Shown here piece by piece: positions 48,717 to 57,867 of a DNA stretch of 64,000 nucleotides. The translations under genes and the position numbers were made by a program. Below the pieces are notes generated by a model. The model saw only the letters and a program-made list of their open reading frames with translations. It made no database searches and was not told where the DNA came from. Position 1 is the first letter of the stretch. Each line of letters starts with the position of its first letter. The DNA comes from an uncultured Rhizobium sp. (lineage in GTDB: Bacteria; Pseudomonadota; Alphaproteobacteria; Rhizobiales; Rhizobiaceae), in the NCBI GenBank assembly GCA_945952415.1, contig CAMFIF010000020.1, positions 3,695-67,694 on the forward strand, read 5' to 3'.

Positions 48717-49481
48717 ATGACCCCCGACACCGCCTTTTATCTGACAGCCATTCCCGCCGTGATCCTGGTCGGCCTGACCAAGGGCGGCATGGGCGAAGCG
48801 CTTTCCATGATGGGCGTACCGCTGCTCGCCTTCGTCATCTCGCCGGTGAAGGCGGCGGCGATCCTCCTGCCCGTGCTGATCTTCATGGATTGGGTGTCGC
48901 TCTATATCTGGCGCAAGCACGGCAACCGCCAGCTTCTCCTCAGCATGCTGCCGGGCGCGCTTCTGGGCATCGCCATCGGCTGGACCACGGCCGCCCTGGT
49001 GCCCGGAGCGTTCCTGCGCCTGCTGATCGGCGCCATGACCATCCTTTTTGCGCTGCGCTATTTCCACAACCGCTTTCACACCGCCCGCGGCACGGTTGTG
49101 GCCGCACGCCAGCCGAACCGGGCCGCGGCGGGCTTCTGGGGCACGCTGTCCGGCTATACGAGCTTCGTCACCCATGCGGGCGGTCCGCCCTTCCAGATCT
49201 ATGCCCTGCCGCTCGGTCTGGACCCGAAGGAATTTACCGGCACCTCCGTCCGCTTCTTCGCCATCCTCAATCTGGTGAAGCTCGGCGCCTATGCCTCGCT
49301 CGGGCAGATCGACACCCAGAATCTCTGGATCTCGCTGACGCTCCTGCCCTTCGCGCCCTTCGCCACCATGGCCGGTGCCTGGGTGGTGAAGCGCATGCGC
49401 CCGGAAACCTATTATCCGCTGATGTATGGCATGGCCCTTCTCGCCGGCATCCGTCTTTTTGTCAGCGGCCTGCCGGGTTAG
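48717..49481 (+). CDS. TauE/SafE family sulfite exporter-like membrane protein (DUF81)
   Basis: Multi-TM protein containing VILVGLTKGGMGEALSMMGVPLLAF and HAGGPPFQIYALPL. Confidence 0.85.
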   Translation: MTPDTAFYLTAIPAVILVGLTKGGMGEALSMMGVPLLAFVISPVKAAAILLPVLIFMDWVSLYIWRKHGNRQLLLSMLPGALLGIAIGWTTAALVPGAFLRLLIGAMTILFALRYFHNRFHTARGTVVAARQPNRAAAGFWGTLSGYTSFVTHAGGPPFQIYALPLGLDPKEFTGTSVRFFAILNLVKLGAYASLGQIDTQNLWISLTLLPFAPFATMAGAWVVKRMRPETYYPLMYGMALLAGIRLFVSGLPG

Positions 49482-49589
49482 GCGGCCATTTAGCATCCGC
49501 AAAAGGCATCTTTTCGCGCTGCAAAAACTCGGCTAGTCTCCGCTGGCTTTCCCGCTCCGGGCAGGCCATCCAGGGTGAGATCCGAGACC

Positions 49590-49856
49590 ATGTCCAGCAT
49601 CGATCCGTTCAGTGCCATTGCCGATCCGCATCGCCGGCTGCTGCTGGAGGAGCTGCGCCGCGGCGAAAGGACGGTCTCCGCCCTGGCCGAGGGACTGCCG
49701 ATCAGCCGGCCCGCCGTTTCCCAGCATCTGAAAGCCCTGCTCGATTGCGGCCTGGTAACCGTGCACCAGGAAGGCACGCGCCGCTTTTACGGCATTAATC
49801 CACGCGGCTTCGATCGGCTGAGCCTTTGGCTGGACCAGTTCTGGTCCGAACCCTGA
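49590..49856 (+). CDS. ArsR/SmtB family transcriptional regulator
   Basis: FSAIADPHRRLLLEELRRGERTVSALAEGLPISRPAVSQHLKALLDCGLV (wHTH). ATG at 49590; GTG at 49575 is an alternative. Confidence 0.88.
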   Translation: MSSIDPFSAIADPHRRLLLEELRRGERTVSALAEGLPISRPAVSQHLKALLDCGLVTVHQEGTRRFYGINPRGFDRLSLWLDQFWSEP

Positions 49857-50155
49857 CTGTCACTGTCGCTGAGGGAACTGGAGTAAATCTCAAGGCCATC
49901 GGCGGTTTCCTGCCCCAGGCGAGGGCCCGTCCGCCGATGGTGGTGAGAGCTCCGGCCGATCCGAATGATCGGACCCATGAAATGGGCCTGAGGCCCTGGC
50001 CGGTAATGGGGCATCGCCCCGGTGTCGGTTATGGTTTGCCCTCGAAGGGCGTCTGCAGCCACGTCCATGACGAACCACGAAGGCAGCGGCTGCGTGAAGG
50101 TTGGTAAAAGGCCTTGTCACCCTCCTCTGGTGTCAGGCATCCATCGTCATGATGG

Positions 50156-50326
50156 TCAGTGTCTGGTCTTCAAGCGCTCCATCTCGTCCTTCAAACGAAG
50201 CTTGCGGCGCTTGAGGTCCGAAATCAGATGGTCGTCCGTAGAGGGCGAGGCCATGGCGGAGTGGAGTTCCTTTTCAAGGGCGACATGCTTCTGTTCAAGC
50301 GATTTCAGATGAGCCTCAATGGTCAT
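50156..50326 (-). CDS. DUF465 (YdcH-like) small protein, 56 aa; absent from ORF track
   Basis: My translation is MTIEAHLKSLEQKHVALEKELHSAMASPSTDDHLISDLKRRKLRLKDEMERLKTRH. A strong GAGAGGAAGGA Shine-Dalgarno precedes it. Confidence 0.8.
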   Translation of the reverse strand: MTIEAHLKSLEQKHVALEKELHSAMASPSTDDHLISDLKRRKLRLKDEMERLKTRH

Positions 50327-50529
50327 ATGAATGTCCTTCCTCTCTTTTTTGCCCGGGCGAGCCGGGGCTCGTGGTCAACAAGGGGAGTGTGACATGTTTA
50401 TGAAGCTTTGTCGAAGGCGATTTCTGACGCAGGCCTAACTTCCCGTTACCGGTATTTGGTGATAGGAGCTTGCTCAAAGCATGGGGATGCGGACACAATA
50501 ATCCGCGTGACTGGAATGGGGATCAAGGC

Positions 50530-50733
50530 ATGGCTGATCAGGATCAGGCGGAAATCAGGCTGATAGTGGCAAGGCTCCGTCAGGAACACGAAGACTATGA
50601 TGCAGCCATCAATGCCATGATCCAGACCGGCTGCGACATGTTGCGTATCCAGCGGATGAAGAAGAAGAAACTGGCGATCAAGGACAAGATCACCAAGCTC
50701 GAAGACCAGATCATCCCCGATATCATTGCCTGA
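50530..50733 (+). CDS. DUF465 (YdcH-like) small protein
   Basis: [30 protein letters not shown]...[24 protein letters not shown] prefer the ATG at 50530. Confidence 0.75.
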   Translation: MADQDQAEIRLIVARLRQEHEDYDAAINAMIQTGCDMLRIQRMKKKKLAIKDKITKLEDQIIPDIIA

Positions 50734-50752
50734 GCCGGCGGAGGAAACCGAG

Positions 50753-51247
<495 letters not shown>

Positions 51248-51248
51248 C

Positions 51249-52319
51249 ATGAAGAACAACACGATCGGCATCATCGGCGGCGGCCAGCTGGGCCGCATGC
51301 TGGCGATGGCTGCCGCACGCCTGAATTTCCGCACCGTCATTCTGGAACCCCAGGCCGATTGCCCCGCCGCGCAGGTGGCCAATGCCCAGATCACCGCCGC
51401 CTATGACGACGAGGAAGCACTGGACCGGCTGGCGGAGCTCTGCGCTGTCGTGACCTATGAATTCGAGAATGTGCCCGTCGGCGCCGCCGAGCGGCTGGCG
51501 GCCCGCCTTCCCGTCTACCCGCCGCCAAAGGCGCTCGAAGTCGCGCAGGACCGCCTGACGGAAAAGCGCTTCCTCAACGATTGCGGCATTCCGACCGCAG
51601 AGTTCCGCGCCATCGACAGCGACGAAGATCTGAAGGCGGCCCTTGCAGACTTCGGCCACCGGGGCGTGCTGAAGACGCGCCGCCTTGGCTATGACGGCAA
51701 GGGCCAGAAGGTCTATCGCGGGCCGGAAGACAGCCCCGAAGGCGGCTACGCCGCGCTGGGCAGCGTGCCGCTGATTCTCGAAAGCTTCGTGCCCTTCGAG
51801 CGCGAGATCTCGATCATTGCAGCCCGCGGCCCCGATGGCGGCCTTGCCTGCTACGATCCGGCGGAAAATGTCCATCGGAACGGCATCCTGCACACGTCCA
51901 CCCTGCCCGCCGCGATCTCCGGCGCCACCGCCGAGGCGGCCCGGGCCGCGGCCGAAAGCCTTCTGGAAAGGCTCGACTATGTGGGCGTGGTCGGCATGGA
52001 ATTCTTCGTCCTCGCCGATGGCCGCCTGATCGCCAATGAAATCGCGCCACGGGTACACAATTCCGGCCACTGGACGGAAGCGGCCGCGATCGTCTCGCAG
52101 TTCGAGCAGCATATCCGCGCCATTGCCGGCCTGCCGCTCGGCAACCCGCAGCGGCATTCCGACTGCGTGATGACGAATCTGATCGGCGACGACATCCTCA
52201 TGGTGCCGGACTGGCTGAAGACGACCGATGCCCTCGTCCATCTCTATGGCAAGACAGAGGCCCGGCCCGGCCGGAAGATGGGCCATGTGACCGTCCTTTC
52301 CGGGCCGGCGCGCCGCTGA
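51249..52319 (+). CDS. purK: N5-carboxyaminoimidazole ribonucleotide synthase
   Basis: MKNNTIGIIGGGQLGRMLAMAA...ATP-grasp body...HLYGKTEARPGRKMGHVT. Confidence 0.93.
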   Translation: MKNNTIGIIGGGQLGRMLAMAAARLNFRTVILEPQADCPAAQVANAQITAAYDDEEALDRLAELCAVVTYEFENVPVGAAERLAARLPVYPPPKALEVAQDRLTEKRFLNDCGIPTAEFRAIDSDEDLKAALADFGHRGVLKTRRLGYDGKGQKVYRGPEDSPEGGYAALGSVPLILESFVPFEREISIIAARGPDGGLACYDPAENVHRNGILHTSTLPAAISGATAEAARAAAESLLERLDYVGVVGMEFFVLADGRLIANEIAPRVHNSGHWTEAAAIVSQFEQHIRAIAGLPLGNPQRHSDCVMTNLIGDDILMVPDWLKTTDALVHLYGKTEARPGRKMGHVTVLSGPARR

Positions 52320-52367
52320 AAGGGCAGATTCATCCACCGCCCCGGCCGGATTCACGGCCGGAAGCGG

Positions 52368-52396
52368 TTGACACATAAGGGTCAAACGGGTAATTG
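52368..52396 (+). promoter_or_regulatory. sigma-70-type promoter for rpmJ
   Basis: TTGACA (52368-52373), 17-nt spacer, TAATTG (52391-52396), about 97 nt upstream of the rpmJ ATG. Confidence 0.5.
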
Positions 52397-52492
52397 CCTG
52401 CCAACCCTTAAGAAGCGGGCACGAGCACGCTTTGTAGTTTCCAATGCATCGGGCGAATGTCGAGTTCCCCGTCAAACCTCGCGGATCAGAAA

Positions 52493-52618
52493 ATGAAGAT
52501 CAAGAATTCGCTCAAGTCGCTCAAGGCCCGTCACCGCGACAACCGCATCGTGCGCCGCAAGGGCCGCGTCTACATCATCAACAAGCAGAACCCGCGCTTC
52601 AAGGCCCGCCAGGGCTGA
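52493..52618 (+). CDS. rpmJ: 50S ribosomal protein L36 (Cys-less form); absent from ORF track
   Basis: My translation is [41 protein letters not shown] (41 aa). The listed ORF 52444..52662 is in the wrong frame. Confidence 0.9.
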   Translation: MKIKNSLKSLKARHRDNRIVRRKGRVYIINKQNPRFKARQG

Positions 52619-52702
52619 GGCGCACCCGGCTTTCGCCGGCTGCCTGCGCATCTGCGCATTAAATTGTTGGAACCTTTCGCATGGCGGGCTATTATGCCCG
52701 CC

Positions 52703-53335
52703 ATGCGCATTCTTATGTCCTCGCTTCTGTGTGTCGCTCTGCTCCTGCCAGGCCTGCCGGCCCGGGCCGATGACGAAAGACCGGAAACCGAAATCCTTCA
52801 GCAGCCGCTTCGAGAACCCGCGCCGGGAACCGGCAGCCTCACGCTCGCGCCCCGCGCCGAGCGCCTCGATTCCCTTTACGGACGGCTGAAGCGCGAGGGA
52901 AATGCGGAAACTGCCAAGACCATTGCCGGCGAGATTCGCGCCGTGCTGACCGAATCGGACAGCGCCACGGTGGATCTTCTGATGGGCCGCGCCGCCTCCG
53001 CCATCGCCTCCGGCCAGAATGGGGCCGCCTTCGATTATCTCGATCAGGTCACCGTGCTCCGGCCCGATTACGCCGAAGGCTTCAACCTGAGGGCAACGCT
53101 GCACTTCGCGCTCGGCAACAACAGGAAATCGGTGGCGGACATTCGCCGCACGCTGGCGCTCGAGCCCCGCCATCTCGGCGCCCTTTCCGGCCTTGCGGGC
53201 ATTCTGACCCTCGAAGGCAAGGACGAGGCGGCACTCAAGGTGTGGGAGGCCTATCTGAACCTCTATCCCACCGACCGGACCGCACAGGATCAGGCCCGCG
53301 ACCTCCTTGAAAAACTGGCGGGCAGCCGCACTTAA
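52703..53335 (+). CDS. secreted TPR-repeat protein
   Basis: Signal peptide MRILMSSLLCVALLLPGLPARA, then TPR-like units (PDYAEGFNLRATLHFALGNNRKSVADIRRTLALEPRHLGALSGLA). Confidence 0.75.
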   Translation: MRILMSSLLCVALLLPGLPARADDERPETEILQQPLREPAPGTGSLTLAPRAERLDSLYGRLKREGNAETAKTIAGEIRAVLTESDSATVDLLMGRAASAIASGQNGAAFDYLDQVTVLRPDYAEGFNLRATLHFALGNNRKSVADIRRTLALEPRHLGALSGLAGILTLEGKDEAALKVWEAYLNLYPTDRTAQDQARDLLEKLAGSRT

Positions 53336-53380
53336 CACCCGGTCTCGCCCGTTCCGCTTGTTCATCGCCCAGGTTGCCCC

Positions 53381-54409
53381 TTGCGTATTCTTCTGCTGAT
53401 CGTCGCCTTCCTAGCACTGAGCCTTCTGGGTCTCGGCCTCTTTTCCTATTTCAAGAGCCGGGCGCTCGAAGCCGCCTATCCCAATATCGGGGAGCGCTTC
53501 GATATTGGCGGCTACAGCCTCAACGCCCTTTACAAGCCCGCCGGACCGAAGGCAGACCTGCCGCCGATCCTCTTCATCCACGGTGCCAGCGGAAACCTGC
53601 GCGATCCCGCCGGCGCCTTCCTGCAGCCGCTTGAAGGCCGCGCCGAACTTCTCTTCGTCGACCGGCCCGGCCACGGCTATTCGGATCGCGGCGGGCCGGA
53701 AAATGCCATGCCGGATGGCCAGGCTGATGCGATCGTCAAGGGAATGGATCATTATGGCATCGCCAAAGCCATCGTCGTCGCCCATTCCTTCGGCGGATCG
53801 ATTGCCGCGAGCCTGGCCCTTCGTCACCCGGACCGGGTATCGGGCCTCGTCTTCCTGGCGGCCGCCACCCATCCCTGGCCGGGCGGGGTCGACTGGTATT
53901 ACCGCCTCTCCTCCACCCCCGTCATCGGCTGGATTTTCACCCGCACCATCGCCCTTCCGGCCGGGCTCCAGCGCATTGCATCCGGCGCCGATTCGGTCTT
54001 CCACCCGAACAAGCCGCCGACGGACTATCTGGAAAAGGCCGCCATTCCCCTGGTGCTCAGACCCGCCACCTTCCAGAACAACGCCATCGATGTGGCAAAC
54101 CTCCATGATTACGTGAGCCGCATTGCTGCCCATTATCCCGAAATCAAGGCTCCGACAGTCATCATCACGGGTGATGCGGACGAGATCGTGCTGGAAAACA
54201 TCCACTCCCGTGGCCTCGCCCGCGATATTGCGGGATCGGAACTGGTCTGGGTTCATGGCCTTGGCCACAAGCCCGATTATATCGCCACGGACCTCGCCAT
54301 CGCGGCCATCGAGAAACTTGCCGGCCAGCCCCGCGACCTCCAGGCCCTCGCCCGGCAGGTGGAGGCTCGGATAGGGCAAAAAACAAGGGGCGCCGAAGCG
54401 CCCCTGTAA
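53381..54409 (+). CDS. alpha/beta hydrolase with N-terminal membrane anchor
   Basis: ILFIHGASGN, nucleophile elbow VAHSFGGS and C-terminal GLGHKP. TTG start according to the track. Confidence 0.85.
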   Translation: MRILLLIVAFLALSLLGLGLFSYFKSRALEAAYPNIGERFDIGGYSLNALYKPAGPKADLPPILFIHGASGNLRDPAGAFLQPLEGRAELLFVDRPGHGYSDRGGPENAMPDGQADAIVKGMDHYGIAKAIVVAHSFGGSIAASLALRHPDRVSGLVFLAAATHPWPGGVDWYYRLSSTPVIGWIFTRTIALPAGLQRIASGADSVFHPNKPPTDYLEKAAIPLVLRPATFQNNAIDVANLHDYVSRIAAHYPEIKAPTVIITGDADEIVLENIHSRGLARDIAGSELVWVHGLGHKPDYIATDLAIAAIEKLAGQPRDLQALARQVEARIGQKTRGAEAPL

Positions 54410-54427
54410 TCGCGGTATTTCTGAGCC

Positions 54428-55867
54428 TCAAATGCCGCTCAAGCCGTCCGAGCCGATATAGGCGATGCGCAGCATGTTGGTGGCGCCGGGCGTGCCGAGG
54501 GGAACGCCGGCAGAGATGATGACGCGATCGCCCGGCTTGCCGAAGCCTTCGGCGCAGACGATGCGGCAGGCGCGGTTGACCATGTCGTCCAGGTCGGTCG
54601 CATCCTGCGTGACCACGCAGTGCAGCCCCCAGACGATGGAGAGCCGGCGTGCGGTCTGGACGATGGGGGAGAGCGCGATGATCGGCACCTGCGGACGCTC
54701 GCGGGCGGCGCGAAGGCCCGTCGTGCCCGAGGACGTGTAGGTGACGATGGCGGAAAGCTTCAGCGTTTCGGCAATCTGGCGCGCCGCAAGCGAGATCGCA
54801 TCCGCTCCCGTCGCTTCCGGCTGCGGGCGCTGGGCGTAGATGATGCCCGAATAATGCGGATCGCGCTCTATGGTGGAGGCGATCGAGGCCATGGTGGAGA
54901 CCGCTTCCACCGGATACTCACCCGAGGCCGATTCGGCCGACAGCATGACGGCATCCGCGCCCTCGAAGACGGCGGTCGCCACGTCGGAAACTTCGGCGCG
55001 GGTAGGAACCGGCGCGGAGATCATCGATTCCAGCATCTGCGTGGCGACGACGACAGGCTTGCCGGCGCGGCGGCAGGCGCGGATCATCTGCTTCTGCAGG
55101 CCGGGCACCGATTCCAGCGGCATTTCCACGCCCAGATCGCCGCGTGCGACCATCAGTGCGTCGGTGAGCTCGATGATCTCGTCGATGCGTTCGATGGCCT
55201 GCGGCTTTTCGATCTTCGACATCAGGCCCACGCGGCCACGGGCGATCTTGCGCACTTCGGCGAGATCTTCCGGCCGCTGGATGAAGGAGAGCGCCACCCA
55301 GTCCACGTCGTCGGTGGCGAGCACCGCATCGAGATCCGCGCGGTCCTTGTCCGTCAGCGCGCCGACCGGCAGCAGCGTATCGGGCAGGCTCACGCCCTTC
55401 TTGTCGGAAATCTTGGTGCCGGCCACGACCGTGCAGACGATCGACTTGCCGTCGCATTTCTCCGCGCGGAGCGCGAGCTTGCCATCGTCGATCAGCAGCC
55501 GGTGGCCTGGCTGCACGGCCGAGAGGATCTCCGGATGGGGCAGGAAGACGCGGTTTTCGTCGCCCGGCTCGTCGCGATTGTCGAGCGTGAAGGTCTGGCC
55601 GACCTTGAGCGTCACCTTGGTATCGGCGAACTTGCCGACACGCAGCTTCGGACCCTGCAGGTCGGCGAGAATGCCGATCGGGCGGCCGCAGCGGGCCTCG
55701 ACGGAGCGGATCCGGCCGATGAGCGTGCGCATCATCTCGTGGCTGGAATGGCTCATGTTGATTCGGAAGAGATCGGCCCCTGCCTCGTGCAGCTTCTGGA
55801 TCATTTCCTCATCGGCCGAAGCGGGCCCGAGGGTGGCGAGAATCTTGACTTTGCGGTTACGCTTCAT
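54428..55867 (-). CDS. pyk: pyruvate kinase
   Basis: KILATLGPAS...FRINMSHS...LADLQGPKLRVG...MVARGDLGVE. Confidence 0.95.
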   Translation of the reverse strand: MKRNRKVKILATLGPASADEEMIQKLHEAGADLFRINMSHSSHEMMRTLIGRIRSVEARCGRPIGILADLQGPKLRVGKFADTKVTLKVGQTFTLDNRDEPGDENRVFLPHPEILSAVQPGHRLLIDDGKLALRAEKCDGKSIVCTVVAGTKISDKKGVSLPDTLLPVGALTDKDRADLDAVLATDDVDWVALSFIQRPEDLAEVRKIARGRVGLMSKIEKPQAIERIDEIIELTDALMVARGDLGVEMPLESVPGLQKQMIRACRRAGKPVVVATQMLESMISAPVPTRAEVSDVATAVFEGADAVMLSAESASGEYPVEAVSTMASIASTIERDPHYSGIIYAQRPQPEATGADAISLAARQIAETLKLSAIVTYTSSGTTGLRAARERPQVPIIALSPIVQTARRLSIVWGLHCVVTQDATDLDDMVNRACRIVCAEGFGKPGDRVIISAGVPLGTPGATNMLRIAYIGSDGLSGI

Positions 55868-56340
55868 TGTTTCTGGCTTTCCTGGCTGCCGGAGGCGTCG
55901 TTAAGCTGTACCATCCAGCCTGCCTGACGGCCCGTGTCATATTCCTTGAAGCCCATTTGCAGATAGCCGCGCTTGAAGCAGTCGTTCACGCCGGTAATCT
56001 TGAATTTGTCCTGGGCCACGCACATTTTGATATCGCCGGTCCAACGCCCTCCGCGGGCGGCATCCTCGGCATAGAGATAGTAATAGCGGGACTGGAGCTT
56101 GCCCTCGATGAGGGTAGCGCATGTGGTGGCCGGAATCTGCCACCAGCCTTCCGTCGTCCAGCCTTCCTTGGCGCGATAGCCGATGGCGACCCCGACGAGG
56201 TTCTGCGTCCCGTTGCACACGCGGAATTCCGCATGCGCCACGCCCGTGACACCCATCGTACCGGCGGCCACCGCAAGGCCGAGAAGAAGCTTGGAAAGAG
56301 GTCTGCTGGAAGAGTTCACGGCTTTCCGCTGGGACTCCAT
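55864..56340 (-). CDS. DUF1036 domain protein (secreted)
   Basis: EFRVCNGTQNLVGVAIGYRAKEGWTTEGWWQIPATTC...YYYLYAED is the DUF1036 pattern. The stop overlaps the pyk ATG. Start is the ATG at 56340 or the GTG at 56358. Confidence 0.8.
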   Translation of the reverse strand: MESQRKAVNSSSRPLSKLLLGLAVAAGTMGVTGVAHAEFRVCNGTQNLVGVAIGYRAKEGWTTEGWWQIPATTCATLIEGKLQSRYYYLYAEDAARGGRWTGDIKMCVAQDKFKITGVNDCFKRGYLQMGFKEYDTGRQAGWMVQLNDASGSQESQKQ

Positions 56341-56525
56341 GTTGTTTGTCCTTTTCACTTCTTGCGACGACAGGCCGGGAAAGTCAACGCAACCCCGCCA
56401 TCAAATTCAATCGATTGTAATGGAAGCGGACGAAGGGCCTTGCGGGCCGGACATTCAATGGTTGCGCTCCTTTCGAAGCCATGCGATCACCACCTCCTGC
56501 GATTGACACGAAACGGTTCAAATTC

Positions 56526-57341
56526 ATGCCAACCTCGCCTCTGCCTCCACTTTCGGAAGACGACAGGCCCTTCGAATTGCTCACGGGCGATCCGCGCTCC
56601 AGCCTTGTGCTGCTGGCCGATCATGCCACGAATATTGTGCCTCAGGCTTACGGCGACCTCGGTCTGCCCGCATCTGCCTTTCAGCGCCACATTGCCTATG
56701 ACATCGGCATCGAACCGCTGACGCGCAGCCTTGCCGCGCGCCTGGGCTGCCATGCCGTTCTCTCCCGCTTTTCGCGCCTTCTCATCGATCCGAACCGCGG
56801 AGAAGACGACCCCACCCTGATCATGAAGATCTCGGATGGCGCGATTGTGACGGGGAACCATCCGATATCTGAGGCGGAATGGCAACGCCGTATCCTGCGT
56901 TTCCACCGCCCCTATCACGAGGCGGTGGCCGAAACCATAGCAAGGGCGGAAAGCGGCGCCGGCAAGGTGCCGCTGGTTCTCTCGCTCCATTCCTTCACGC
57001 CGGTGTGGAAGGGCGTGGCCCGGCCCTGGCATGCGGCCGTGCTCTGGGATTCCGACGGCCGCGCGCCCCTTACCCTCATCGACCGACTGCGCGCGGATGG
57101 CGGTCTGGTGATCGGCGACAACGAGCCCTATGACGGCGCTTTGAAGGGCGATACGCTTTACCGGCACTGCATGAAGACCGGCATTCCCCATGCCCTCCTC
57201 GAGGTGCGGCAGGACCTGATCGGCGACGACAGGGGCGTGGACGCCTGGGTTCACCGGCTTGCGCCGATCTTTGCCGCGCTTGACGATGACCCGGCGCTGC
57301 ACGAGCGCCGCCTCTTCCCCTCGCGTACCGGCCCCTATTGA
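56526..57341 (+). CDS. N-formylglutamate amidohydrolase family protein
   Basis: LVLLADHATNIVP...SRFSRLLIDPNRGEDD...SLHSFTP. Confidence 0.85.
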   Translation: MPTSPLPPLSEDDRPFELLTGDPRSSLVLLADHATNIVPQAYGDLGLPASAFQRHIAYDIGIEPLTRSLAARLGCHAVLSRFSRLLIDPNRGEDDPTLIMKISDGAIVTGNHPISEAEWQRRILRFHRPYHEAVAETIARAESGAGKVPLVLSLHSFTPVWKGVARPWHAAVLWDSDGRAPLTLIDRLRADGGLVIGDNEPYDGALKGDTLYRHCMKTGIPHALLEVRQDLIGDDRGVDAWVHRLAPIFAALDDDPALHERRLFPSRTGPY

Positions 57342-57486
57342 CGAAGCGCCCGGTTTTTTCGAAGCCCCTCCGGAAGGGACTTGATTTTGCCGCAAGTTCT
57401 GGGCAGGTCATCGGCCACTTCGATTTCAACATCGTCGCGCGCCCGCAGCGCTGGCCGTGACGGATGAGCCAAAGGGATTTTAAGCC

Positions 57487-57741
57487 ATGGATGAGCAGAA
57501 TACGGTCGAGAACGTCGCCGCCGCCGAACTTCGCCAGTTCATCGAGCGCATCGAGCGCCTGGAAGAAGAAAAGCAGACCATCGCCGACGACATCAAGGAC
57601 GTCTACGGCGAAGCCAAGGGCCGCGGCTACGATACCAAGGCCATGAAGACCATCATCCGCCTTCGCAAGAAGGATGCAAACGAGCGGATCGAGGAGGAAA
57701 CCATCCTCCAGACCTACATGGCTGCCCTCGGCATGGAATAA
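57487..57741 (+). CDS. gapR: DUF2312/UPF0335 protein, GapR-like nucleoid-associated protein
   Basis: [49 protein letters not shown]. Confidence 0.88.
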   Translation: MDEQNTVENVAAAELRQFIERIERLEEEKQTIADDIKDVYGEAKGRGYDTKAMKTIIRLRKKDANERIEEETILQTYMAALGME

Positions 57742-57805
57742 GGCCAAGGCGCCCGTGGACCGTTGAACGGTCCCGACCGCGTCAATCTCCGCACGTACGA
57801 ACCAA

Positions 57806-57845
57806 ATAAAAAGGCTGCTCCGGTTTTCCGAAGCAGCCTTTTTCC
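57806..57845. terminator. bidirectional terminator between the convergent gapR and DUF882 genes
   Basis: AAGGCTGCT / AGCAGCCTT stem, flanked by an A-run and a T-run. Confidence 0.75.
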
Positions 57846-57867
57846 GTTGTTCCTTGTCCCTTGTGCC

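Noticed and set aside
48609-49502. N-terminal ~300 aa of the 515-aa minus ORF 47955..49502.
   Set aside because: Only the C-terminal 217 aa (from the ATG at 48608) look like a ThiE/TenI-family protein. The upstream part is antisense to the multi-TM TauE/SafE gene and is Arg/Gly/His-rich.
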